A stretch of DNA of 64,000 nt from contig MU058844.1 of assembly GCA_013265495.1 (NCBI GenBank), positions 5,889,260 through 5,953,259 on the forward strand, written 5' to 3'. Position numbers and translations under genes: made by a program. This document shows positions 41,392-53,147 of the stretch, piece after piece. The stretch comes from Vicugna vicugna (taxonomy: Eukaryota). Position 1 is the first letter of the stretch. Each line of letters starts with the position of its first letter. Below the pieces are notes generated by a model. The model was not told where the DNA came from and did no database searches. It saw nothing but the letters and a program-made list of their open reading frames with translations.

Positions 41392-41858
41392 TGTCGACTG
41401 AAATAAAAGCACAGCCTAAAAGTTGAGAGTTATATTTTACTTGGCGGGAGGACTCAAGCTGGGATGACAGCCTCTCAGATCGCTCTTAGGGACTGCTCCG
41501 AAGAGGTAGAGGAGGGGCTAGGATATATAGGAGCTTCACAACAAAGACCAGGTAGTTGGAACAAACATTAAATGCTTACTTGTTAATTGAAGAAAACCAG
41601 ACGGCTCAAGTTAAAGAATTTAGTGTTTTTCTATGTATGGGAGGGAGCAAACATTTGGGCTCATTGAATTCATTCCTTTGACAAGCATCTAGCTATCTAG
41701 GGCCAGTATCCTGTCTTTTCATATTTTAAGTTCCCTCAGGCTGCAGAAGCCAGGCTACAGGCTTATCTTCACTTTTGGGGGTGGTGGCAGTGGCTGGTGA
41801 CTTGATGGCTTCAGCATTCTTCGTTTACTGATACAGCTTGCGGTATTTTTCGTTGACA
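41392..41858 (-). mobile_element. Solo ERV LTR (family A)
   Basis: Reverse-complement homolog of 20442-20919, with exact TSD CAAC (41388-41391 and 41859-41862). Confidence 0.9.
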
Positions 41859-42079
41859 CAACTAAAGGGATCAGTTACACATAGACAGTGAGAGATCTGG
41901 GGGAATCAAAGGAGTGGGTAAAACATGGACTCTTACGTGGAGAAGTGGGGACAGAAATATCTCTGCTTAAAGGGGACATCAGGGAAAGAGAAACACTGGA
42001 CCATCATCAGTGCCCTTTGCAGTTGTGGTGATGATAGTGGAGCTGGAAGTTAAGTAGTGTGAGAATATCAAGAGGGGAC

Positions 42080-42206
42080 TTTTTTAATGAAGGGGAGGTA
42101 ATTAGATTTATTTGTTTATTTGTATTTGGAAAAGGGACTGGGGATTGAACCCAGGACTTCGTGCATGCTAAGCATGTGCTCTACCACTTGAGCTACACCC
42201 TCCCCC
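42080..42206 (-). mobile_element. tRNA-derived camelid-type SINE
   Basis: gactggggattgaacccaggacttcgtgcatgctaagcatgtgctctaccacttgagctacaccctccccc. Confidence 0.9.
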
Positions 42207-45126
42207 AGGAAGTGAGTTTTGAAGTCGATCCACTGGCAAGAGATTTTGGTTAACCTATGTCAAACAGTTCTGCTTTTGAAGGGCAGTTTAGTTTTGACCA
42301 CTGGTATCTTTTTGATAATCTTTGATGCCTATAATTCTGAAACTCATAAGGCAGGGCAAAACCCACACCTAGAATTTTATGACTTATTCAAGATGGTGAG
42401 TGATGGACTCAGAGTCCAGTAGCAGATACCACTGAAGAATGATTTTGTTATTCACTGAACTTCTTGATTATCAAATGATGAGTCTGTGTGATGCTGAAAG
42501 TACCTACCCTGCTGCTAAGATAACAATGGAAATATTTCTTTAGGATCTATGACAAACTCCTGTAATTAGGGTGAGGTTGGTACACATGCAGTTATTAATC
42601 AGGGGAACATTTAAATTTTATTCTACTCCAAATATACAGGATATTCAAACAGTCTTCTTAATGTGATAGCCCAATTTTTTATGTTCAAGGAATTTTAAAC
42701 ATATCTTTGTCCACCAAGAAATGCTTCCTACATGATTGCTGCCAAGAGGACTGGAAACAATATATTTGGAAAAGATCTAGGCTCTGCTCTTATGAATGAC
42801 ATAATCTAACACAGTAGTTTTCAGTTTTGTTTTGTTTTGTCTTTAAGTAAAGATCCAGAACACCACACATTGTCTTAATTCAGTGAATAAGTAGCCAACA
42901 TATGAAGCAGAAACAAAAGTTTCCTGAAATAATACTGAGTATCGTGCTCTGATTTTTTTCCCCTTTTCTCTACTTTCTTCCTGAGCCTCCTGTGTCCTAA
43001 GACACAGCCAGGGTATCCTCTGTGTTTCCTTTTGCTCTTTTCTAGAATTTTCAAGATCATGTTTCTACGTACTTCATTTCGAATATTTTTTCTGACTTAT
43101 CTTTATTATTACCCTCTAAAGATGTTTTCTAACCTACTTTACAAACCATCCATTCTGTTTTGATTTCACCTATTGTTCTTTGAGTTCTATTTTTTGTTGG
43201 TTGTTTTGTTTTTTTTAAACAGACCTGCTGAATTTCTCAATCTCATTTATTATATTTTGAACATGTACAACACCCTTATTTCAAACTCTCTGTGATGGTT
43301 CCATTATCATGACCTGCTGTGGGTCTATGCATAGTGTCTCTGCTTTTCTTAGTTATTATTCAGGTCTCTCCTTTCTGTATTTCCTTAATTTGTGTTACAT
43401 GCTAGGCATTGAATATGGAAAATTTCAGAGGTATTTTGAGGTCTAGAATGATGTTATCTTTTCCTAAAGAGAATTCACATTTGTTCCTAGCACGCAAATA
43501 AAGGTCTCACCAATCCTAGACCTCAGAGCTATGAGAGATCAAGACGTTTCCTCATTGAGCTTCAGTCCCTGCAAGAGCCTGTCTATTTCGAGTTCATTTT
43601 CTTCTGGTGTGTAAACCCATCAAGGTGAGCAACATATGTCTTTGGTATTTATCAGGCATTGGGTAGCACCCCAGGGGAATAAAAATCTTCAGGATCACGT
43701 AATTCCAAAACCAAGCTCATCTTTCTGGATTTCTTTCCTCTCCTGAATCTTTGCTCTGTAAGTCTTCCCTAAAATACTGGCTGTTCTACACTTTCGGTTT
43801 CATGCTTCAGTGTTTCTCTTTTCAGGGAAGCATCAGTCACAATTGCCTAGCTTGTCTCTCACTTGAGCTAAAAACGTCTCAAGGCAGTTAAAAGACCAAA
43901 TTTAAATAGAAAACACAGTGCATACTTTTAAAAATACCTTTGAATTGTGTGTTCCTACATCACTGAAATTCTGTTTATTAACGTATGTCAATAATTTTCA
44001 AAGCTTTTTTCTTTAAACTTATTCTGAAATAAAAATATGCTGCAGATCTCAGGGTTTTCCCTTCACGTGCCACAACAAAGAGAGGATATTGATTTCAGCA
44101 CCGGTTCTAGCAGTTCATCGCAATTCTTCCAAAGATATAGTGGGGAGATCTATTTTTCAGTTCTCTTTTAGTGTCTCAGATTGTGGTTTATTAGCTTGAT
44201 TGAAAATTTTATGTTTGCCTATAGCCATAGCAGAAATAGATTTTCAATAGAAAACCATTAAAATTTCCATTGATGATCTTCTCACACATTTAAAGGCTTT
44301 GCCCATATTTAAAAAAAATAAAAGCAATCCTTCAGAACTATAAACCAGCTGGAATCATCCCATTTTCATTAAGGATGCTTGATCTGATTACATTTTCATG
44401 AATCTGAATTTGTAAGAAACAGATTTTACTTAAAAGTAGGAAAACAATGTCTGTAACTGTAGTTGCAGGAGGATTTACTTCTGGCAAAGATGAGAACGCC
44501 CACTATGGACTAAAGAATGCAGTTATGCTGAGATTCCTGTTAAAATTTACACTTTGGAGATTTACACATATAAAAATATGATAATTGGTGCTCAAAGAGG
44601 TATTGTAAACAATGGTCCTGAGTCATGTTAGGGCTGGGGAAATATTGGAGAAATGTGCTATATATTTTATTATCTGATTTTAAAATTATTTATTAGAACA
44701 ACAAAATAGGTTTTGTTCAATGCTGTGAAGATTTAACAACATTAAAATCTAAGCATATAACTATGATTTTAAAATGTTTTAAATATAATTTTTCTGTATT
44801 GATACTTGTTTATATCTTCAAAAGAAGGAGTCTGAAAAACAATTCTTTAGATTATACTAACTTTATGATACTTCAAAACAGAAAGTCACAATAATTTTTT
44901 TAAAACTCAAGAAATATCACATACATTACTCTATTCCTGCATTTTAAAAAACATATATAAAGTAAAATATGTGCATTTGATATTGAAAGTCAATGGCAAG
45001 GTATTTATGTAAGAAGCCACTGATTAATTTAAATCATATGTTAAAAATTGGGCCAACAGTAATAAAATGACTAAACTTCTAAAAGAAATGAGGTCTTTAG
45101 AGATCTATTATATTTCTGTGGATTAG

Positions 45127-45145
45127 GAATACCATCTAGTGGTCA
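45127..45145 (-). promoter_or_regulatory. Possible CTCF motif
   Basis: Minus strand TGACCACTAGATGGTATTC: good 5' core, weaker 3' end. Confidence 0.35.
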
Positions 45146-45361
45146 AAAATATTTATGCCTCCCTAATTTTTCTTTTAAATAGATGCCTTGTGTCTGCCTA
45201 TTCCTTGTTAATTTTATGTCCCTTGAGCATATTCTTATTTTCTTTATAATTTCAAGTTTTGAATTTTTAGTAAAAGTAAAGAAAAAGTATTCCAAATCTA
45301 TGAAAGCCTATTTACTTGTAAAGGAGATGGCAGATAGATGAGAATATTTGAAAACGATATA

Positions 45362-45590
45362 CAGTTGACCTTGAACAACATAGGAGTTGGGGCACTGAAA
45401 CCCCACGCAATCAGAAATCCAAGTATAATTTATAGTTTGTTCTTCATATACTTGGTTCCTCAGTATCCAAAGCTTAGTATCCATGGATTCAAGCAACTGT
45501 AGATTGTATGATACTGTAGTTACTATTGAAAAAAATCTGTGTGCAAGTGGATCCACGTAGTTCAAATTCATGTTGTTCAAGGGTCAACTG
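45362..45590. mobile_element. MER8/Tigger2-type non-autonomous DNA transposon
   Basis: TIRs cagttgacc(c)ttgaacaaca ... tgttgttcaagggtcaactg, with TA at the left end. Confidence 0.85.
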
Positions 45591-45850
45591 TGTATTTTTA
45601 ACTTGCACCCTGGTTTAAATTAATTTCGATGGAAAAAAAAAATAAAATGTAGCAGAAAGTAAGAATTAAACAAGAATGTACTAAAAATATAAGTACTCAA
45701 AATATTTGTTGGGTGTTTTGAACATTCGAATAGGAGATTAGTATTGATAACTATCAATGTTCATAAATATCTCTATGATAATTAAGTTTCCAACAAACCC
45801 CCAAATCGTTGCCTTTGAAATAAATATCCATACTTCAGCTACATGGGGAT

Positions 45851-46499
45851 TGTGGTAGGCCGAACAATGTTTCTCAAATATGTCCACATCAGAACTTACA
45901 AATGTTGTGGGGAGGGTGTAGCTGAAGTGGTAGAGCGTATGCTTAGCATACACAAGGTCCTGGGTTCAATCCTTAGTACCTCCTCAAAAAATAAATAAAT
46001 AAGTAAACCTAATTACCTCCCCCCAAATAAAAAAAATTAAAAAAAAACAAACAGAACTTGTGAATGTTATCTTACATGGCAAGTGGGACTTTGCAGATGG
46101 GACCAAGTTAAGGCTAGTTCCATCGAGAGACCATCTGGATTATGTGAGTGGGCCCAAAGTAATTGCAACGGTTTTCATAAGAGGGTGGCAGAACATAGGC
46201 AGAAAAGAAGGTAATGTGATAAGGGACATAGAAATTGGAGTGATGAGCTGTGAAGATGAAGGGAAGGGCTACAGGGCTACATGCAAGGAGTAGAAGCAAC
46301 CACTTGAAGCTGAAAAAGACAAGGAAACAGACTCTCTTCTCTCAGAGCCTCCAGGGTACCAGCCTGCAGATATGCTGACTTAGCCTCTAAAATGAGTTTC
46401 AGCCTTCTGACTTTCAGAACGGTAAGATAATAAATTTGTATTGTTCTAAGATGCTAGATTTGAGGTAATTTGCTGGAGCAGCAATAGAAAGCGTGCACA
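45851..46499 (+). mobile_element. MLT1-type MaLR LTR interrupted by a SINE
   Basis: tgtggtaggccgaacaatg...ttacatggcaagtgggactttgcagatg...gataataaatttgtattgttctaag...gcagcaatagaaa. Confidence 0.8.
45909..46048 (+). mobile_element. tRNA-derived camelid-type SINE inside MLT1
   Basis: ggggagggtgtagctgaagtggtagagcgtatgcttagcatacacaaggtcctgggttcaatcc with A-rich tail and degenerate TSD cagaactt...aatgtt. Confidence 0.9.
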
Positions 46500-46513
46500 A
46501 ATATTTTGCTACT

Positions 46514-46685
46514 GGGGGAGGGTATAGCTCACATGGCAGAGTGCATGCTTAGCATGTACGAGGTCCTGGGTTCAATCCCCAGTTCCCTCTCTAAAAATAA
46601 ACAAGCCTAGTTATCTATTCCCCACCAAAATAAAATAATTAAATAATACCATAACATAAAAGTGAATAAATTAAAAATGAAAAAA
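46514..46685 (+). mobile_element. tRNA-derived camelid-type SINE
   Basis: gggggagggtatagctcacatggcagagtgcatgcttagcatgtacgaggtcctgggttcaatccccag, with TSD core tttgctac. Confidence 0.9.
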
Positions 46686-49207
46686 TTACTTTGCTACCAA
46701 TTGCTATTTGTAGAGCTGTGAGTATTTATTTGGACCAGAATAGCCCTGTGATTTCATTGAGTATTTTAGTTCTAAACTGATTTTGATGTTTAGTTACTAG
46801 TATCCCATAAGAAAAAAAAGTTTATCCAGCATTTTACTTAAAAGCTTTTTATCTTGAAATTCTAGATCTCTATTAGTGTAACTTATTAGAAGAAATACTG
46901 ACAGTGTTTTCCACCTAACTCTTAGTGTTGGCTATCTTCACACATACTATTTCAAAGGCCTTCATTCACAGGGGTCTCCAAATGCTTTCCTAGCATCGTG
47001 CATCTGCTGGAAATAACTCACTGGCCCTGGGCCCACCTTCTATGCTGGAGATCCCAATTTTTATCTTTCCCTTACTGTATACTATAGTCCATCTTGTTAA
47101 AAAGTGTCCAGGTTAGCAAGGTTATTTAATAGGAGACATATTCTAATTAAATACCATCTGGTCTTTCTAAAGAAATTAATATTCATGATGATGGTGTATG
47201 TTGTCTTCAGGTGAGTAATTAAGTAGAAATTGAACCACATTCATTGTTGGTGGGCAGGGCCTGAACCATTTCTCCTCCCACCTTCCATAGGACCAGTGCT
47301 CACCTCTGTAAGCAGATGAACAGAAAAAGAAAAGACATGAAAAGGAAAGAATATCAAAATATGCAAAAAACAAGAAGGGACCTGAGATTGGATTTCCATT
47401 ATCTTGTGAAGAGTGGTGACATCTTTAAAAGGATGATGGTGGGATGAAAGAAAGAATTGTGAGAAATGCTTGAGATAAATTTTGGAAGAGAGGAAAAATT
47501 GAACAAAGGAATATCCGTATACATGAACCCCTTCAGTTCATCAGTAACACACCTCAATTCTTTCTCTTCCTACCTCCTCCTGTACACACTTATGTGGCAC
47601 AAGGATATTCGTCACCTAAATAGGATGACAACTTCTACTCAGTTTTTGATCTAGTGGAGCGTCGGACAGGGGTGCTCAGAGACCCCCATGGAGAAGACCC
47701 ATTTTCTCATGTCCCCTTTTGTCTCTTCTTGACGGCAGTTAGGAAAACCTCTGTATGGCACAAAAAAGAATATGTCTTAAAACCTTGGATTAAGGTCAAT
47801 TTAAGTTAAAAATACCAAGGTCAATAATATATAAATGACAAAAAAAAAAACCCAAAAACCAAAAAACCCTACTGTGTCAAAAGGAGGTTAAAAGTGAGGA
47901 AAATAATACAATTAGTTAACAGAATACTGACTAGTCAAGCTTTCATCCTAATAATAAGCTTTATAACTTGAGTGTTTGAATTTATCTGAAAATGCATTTT
48001 ATTCTCCACCGCAATATGGAAGAGTTCGAAGAAACTCACTGATCTTTCAGTACAGTGATTTTTTTCCGGAAGGGGAAGAAAGCCTTTAAATCTCAAAGAG
48101 TGGCACCATCACGTATTCAGCCCCTCTAATCTATTTCTCTATTCTTCTTCTGGATCTGGCCAAGATTCCAAGGATCCAGTTTTACCATAAAAAGTTAAGA
48201 ATAGAATGCACAGTAACATACTCAAAAATATGTGTGTGGCCCAACATCAAGTCATTCTCCAACAAATCTGCAAGGACATAACCACTCTTTGATTAATCTA
48301 AGGCTAATCTACAAAGGAGACGGATATATATTTAGCCCTTGTCAATTTTTCATTTGTATTGACTGCCTGACATTGAGGTGTTATAAATACTTTGCTTTTT
48401 TTCATACCATTTGTCACCATTCTGTGGTGATATAAGGCAAAAAATAAAAAACAATTTTAAAAGGATTTGCTTTTGTCACAAATAGTCATATGACTATGTC
48501 CTGGACTGCCCTTTAATTCAAGAAAGAGATCCTATAATCTATGCACCTCTCTTTGTATCTTGTTTCCTCCTGTTACATTCTTAAAATGTTGAAGTGTGCA
48601 AGAAAAGTCTATCTGCCTTGTATACCTGAATATGAACTTATTTCTAGATATACAATCACAACAGAAAACTATATTAATTATGCTTTTAAAATGGAACATA
48701 TGATGATGTGACAAGAAATACTAGAATGTGTAAAATATAAGTCACAGGTCCTTTTTTTCAGGGTAAGATCAAGAAATGGAGTTTTAGGGTTTTTTTAAGA
48801 GAGTAATCATGTAAGACTAATCTCCAAGATGATTAAAAAGCCATAAGAATGTTCTTTCCTTTAACTCATCTTGATTATTCTGAAAGGGAATGTTGGGAGA
48901 CCCTCCAGGATGCATGTGAATTACGTCCCAGAACTGACAGTGACTCAGAGCAGCAATCAGCTGAGAGGCAACGATGAATTCCACAGTCAAGGAGCGCAAA
49001 GCTTTTAAACAATTAAGCCTCTTAACCTACAGGGTAGATGTTTTATTTAGATAGCCTGTCACATGTCTACCCACATTCATTACATTACCTTTAATTATTT
49101 ATTATCCCTTTAAATTGTCCATGCATATTCATTTTAGTCAGTTCCACTACTAGAAAAGTATTGGAGAAAATGGAAACATATTTAAATTGTTCTGGCTCCA
49201 AAATTCT

Positions 49208-50050
49208 GTTGCAGGTGATATGATCTTATATGTAGAAAATCCCAAAGATTCCACACCAAAAAACTGTTAGAACAAATGAATGAGTTTTGCAAAGAGGTAG
49301 AGTATGAAATCAACACACATTAGTCATCAGGGAAATGTAAACTAAAAACAAAGTTCTATACATAAGAATGACTAAGATTAAAAGGACTGATACTAATAAA
49401 TGTTGGTGAAAATGTAGAATTTTCATCCATGACTGTTGGGATTATAACTTGGTTTAACATCTTTAGAAAGCAGTCTGGCTTTCTATAGAAAATTGAAGAA
49501 ATGTATTAATCTCAGAGCAATAACTCCACTCCTATGCTCTAGTCTAGGTGAATATGTAACTGTGTGCACCAAGAAACACATTTTAAAATGTTTATATTAG
49601 CATTATTTGTAGTCACAAAAGATTTAAAACATCCAAATGTCCATCAAGGGAAGAATGGATGTTTGTGGTGATTCACATTTGGCGTAAAAATAAATGAACC
49701 ACAGTCCCGTACAACAACACAGATGAATCTTACAAACCAATGTTGAGCAAAGGAAGCGAAACACAAGGGAGTATATTGTGCTTGACTCCGTGTATAAGAC
49801 AGGTTTAGAGAAACATACTTTAGTGATAAAAAATATTTTTAAGAAGGTGAAAGTTATAAGAGTCAGGATTGGGATTACTGTTAGGGATAGGTCCTGGCTA
49901 GGGGTTCTGGGACTCTGGCAGTGTTCTATGACTTCAACTAGATGGTCCTTACAAAAGTTTTGACTTTATAAAAGTTCATCATACTGTACTTGTGGATTTT
50001 GTGCATAGTTATGCAATGTATTTCCTGGTAAAATTTTTAAACATAAAAAA
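49208..50050 (+). mobile_element. Old L1 (ORF2 fragment plus 3' UTR)
   Basis: gttgcaggtgatatgatcttatatgtagaaaatcccaaagattccac (RT FADDM-type region) and catccaaatgtccatcaagggaagaatgg...caacaacacagatgaatcttac. Confidence 0.75.
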
Positions 50051-50477
50051 TACATTTATTTTCATTTTGTTCTTGTATTGCATTTACCAAGGAAAGTGGA
50101 AATTTGTCAAAATTTCTACCAGAAATTTACAGAGATGTATATAATTAACCCGAGCATATGGGGTATCTGAAGTTGACATTTTAACCCAGGAAGTAGCCAT
50201 TTCATCTCTCTCTGTGCATCTGATCACCCATCCCAAAATTGCCTGCATAATTTTCCGTGTAATTTTGTGTGTTTTGTTCATAGACCTACTTAATAAGTTA
50301 AATTCTATTGTTAGCTCATTAGTTGCCTTCTTTATTATTGTTTCTGTTCCCAGGTCTAGGAAAAAATGTTCCACAGAGCAGTGACCTCGGAGAGCTGTTG
50401 TCCTTGGATTCCTGGTACCTACAACCTTGTCTGGCATGTACCAGGCATGCAGGAAATAAGTTAGTGTTGATGTAGGT

Positions 50478-51275
50478 TATATTTTTCAAAATGTGTCCAT
50501 GGACAATGTCAAGAAATATTCTGTTAAAGAGGGTTCTCTCATTCCAATAAAAATCAATTTAAAATTCTGTTTCCTACACAAGACTGTGTGCACATTTCTG
50601 TGTCAGGTGACTAGAGTTATAGAGAGGAAGATTTAGAATGAGGGTATTTTGGATGGAAACTTTAAAAAAAAAAAAAAACAACTTTAGCCTGGAGAACTCC
50701 TAGAGTTATTCCAAACTCATTTTGTTTTCCACCAGCCACCAACCGCCTTCTCATTTTTCAGTTCGGGTTTTCAATCCTACTTTGGGAAATAATGCAGTAA
50801 GTACACGTGCTGAGACCAGAGTCAGAATCTCTCTGTATTTATGAATAAAGGACCAACATGTATTTTGGACATGTACATGAACTACAAAGGAGTATAACGA
50901 CTTCAAAAAAAATCTGTGGTTCGATGCAAAGAGACGATCGCGAGTCTTATTTTGCCCTCTTCCCAGGCACCCCAACAGTCTTTGAAATAAGTACACATTT
51001 CTATTTGGATCCTTCAGCACGATGCAAAGATGAAAAGTACCCAGTACATCATTGCTAGCCCTTTGAAAGGACTCTCTCATCTCTTTGTGGAAGAATATGC
51101 TTCGACCGGGGTCATTGCTATGCTTTTGGCAGCGGGTGATTTCTGAGACACTTTAGGAAATCCGACATCTTATATTTTCCTCATGGCAATATTGATTAGC
51201 ATATTCAGGGCTGTACAGAATCCTAAAGTTAAATGAATTGTTTAACTTTGTTTAGCAGCACCTTTTCCAAATTTT
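50478..51275 (+). mobile_element. MER103-like hAT remnant split by the left inverted-repeat arm (pieces ~50478-50534 and ~51152-51275)
   Basis: Left piece: tttttcaaaatgtgtccatggac...aaagagggtt. Right piece: tttaggaaatccgacatcttatatt...attagcatattcagggctgtacagaatcct...tgtttaactttgtttagcagcaccttttccaaa. They are consecutive parts of the MER103C consensus as remembered. Confidence 0.6.
50535..51151 (+). repeat. Inverted repeat, left arm (617 bp)
   Basis: Reverse complement of 52538-53147; 50689-51151 is identical by manual comparison. ORFs 50751..51080(-) and 52609..52938(+) are identical. Confidence 0.98.
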
Positions 51276-52537
51276 GTGTGAAGTATTTCTACTGAGTCAT
51301 GGGCCAGATATTTGCCAAAAATGAGCAATCCAACAAATAAATCCTAAGGAAGTTACGGCAGACTCAGCAAAACACATAGGAGCTGGCAGACTGTGGAAAT
51401 GGTTGGTGAACGTGACTTCCCACGTTTGCAGTTCCTTGTAGAAGATACAGTGGAATAGCTGGTAGAGCTATTCTGCTTGCCCTGGAAGCCGTCCTCTGGT
51501 CATTGAGAACTCAGAGTAAGGGTGTTTCCAAATCCCTTAAGGTCGCGTGAAACCTCAGCATAATTACCTTATAGTGTTGCAAAAAGCTACCTCTTGCAAG
51601 CTTTATCTTCTGGATTTCACATCTGGGCTTGGGGTATAATTGCTTCCTATGGCTCAGCCATACGGAATCAAAATTGTGGCATTAGGCATCAAGATTGTGC
51701 AGTTCCATTGAACCTACAATGTAATGAGCAGTTGCAAGACATGTACAATTGTTTATGTGCAATGTCTTCAAAGAGTGACCACACTAGGCATGAGGGGGCC
51801 TCTTCCATCAAGGAAATCTTTTTTATTTTTAAGCAAACAATAATATCCCAGGGAATTGGTGCTACATATGTTACATGTAAATATTTCTGAAACACTTGGC
51901 TAGGCAATGCAATGAATGTGTATACATTAATTGAACAGTTTTTTACTGAAAAGTGATTGTATTTAAACCTTGGGTGAAAATACATTGACATTGTCTCAAT
52001 TTTCACATATATTTTTCTATCATGTAAATATATTATGCCAGTTAACTTGATATCTTTCAGGCCATCCCAACCTAGAGGTAAAAAAAAAAAAAGGATCACC
52101 CTTTATTAATTTGAGAAAAAAATCTTTAAAATATACTGAATTGGTATTTCATTCAATTCTCCTTTGACATTGTAAGATTGGGCAGTTTCATCACATCCTG
52201 TCATGAGCTACAGACGGGAGAAAAGCTTTTCTCCTCCACTCCCAGACTGTCATAAATTTCCCTGCTCCCTCATTACATCACAGACGCTGTTTTCCTTTAC
52301 ATATTTATGGCCACTTTTCTGACCCACGGGCCAGAGAATTTGGCTGAATGTGTACGTTTACCCGTTTCCCGGTGAATGAGCGTGCCCTGGTTGCAGAGGC
52401 AGAATGCTTCTAGAGGACGTTTTCCCTAACTTTTAGTCACAAATAATGGAGGCAACACAAGGTTTTGCATCATTACCGATGACCCCTATGGACTGATGCA
52501 GCATGCCGATTGCTTCAATAAGAGCTACAGTGAGAAT

Positions 52538-53147
52538 GTGTCTCAGAAATCACCCGCTGCCAAAAGCATAGCAATGACCCCGGTCGAAGCATATTCTTCC
52601 ACAAAGAGATGAGAGAGTCCTTTCAAAGGGCTAGCAATGATGTACTGGGTACTTTTCATCTTTGCATCGTGCTGAAGGATCCAAATAGAAATGTGTACTT
52701 ATTTCAAAGACTGTTGGGGTGCCTGGGAAGAGGGCAAAATAAGACTCGCGATCGTCTCTTTGCATCGAACCACAGATTTTTTTTGAAGTCGTTATACTCC
52801 TTTGTAGTTCATGTACATGTCCAAAATACATGTTGGTCCTTTATTCATAAATACAGAGAGATTCTGACTCTGGTCTCAGCACGTGTACTTACTGCATTAT
52901 TTCCCAAAGTAGGATTGAAAACCCGAACTGAAAAATGAGAAGGCGGTTGGTGGCTGGTGGAAAACAAAATGAGTTTGGAATAACTCTAGGAGTTCTCCAG
53001 CCTAAAGTTTTTTTTTTTAAAGTTTCCATCCAAAATACCCTCATTCTAAATCTTCCCCTCTATAACTCTAGTCACCTGACACAGAAATATGTACACACTA
53101 TTGTGTAGGAAACAGAATTTTAAATTGATTGTTATTGGAATGAGAGA
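52538..53147 (-). repeat. Inverted repeat, right arm (610 bp)
   Basis: Reverse complement of 50535-51151; the spacer is 51152-52537. Confidence 0.98.

Noticed and set aside
45909..45981. tRNA-Ala-like genes (here and at the other four SINE heads)
   Set aside because: Degenerate stems, A-rich tails and TSDs identify them as SINEs, not tRNA genes.
50762..50796. FGFSILLWEIM resembling kinase subdomain IX (SFGILLWEI)
   Set aside because: It is only 11 residues, lacks the preceding DVW, and no other kinase motifs lie nearby.
52609..52938. Identical 109-aa ORFs in both inverted-repeat arms, plus the 66-aa opposite-strand ORFs
   Set aside because: The identity is a trivial result of the DNA duplication. 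There is no recognisable domain, and the length is compatible with chance.
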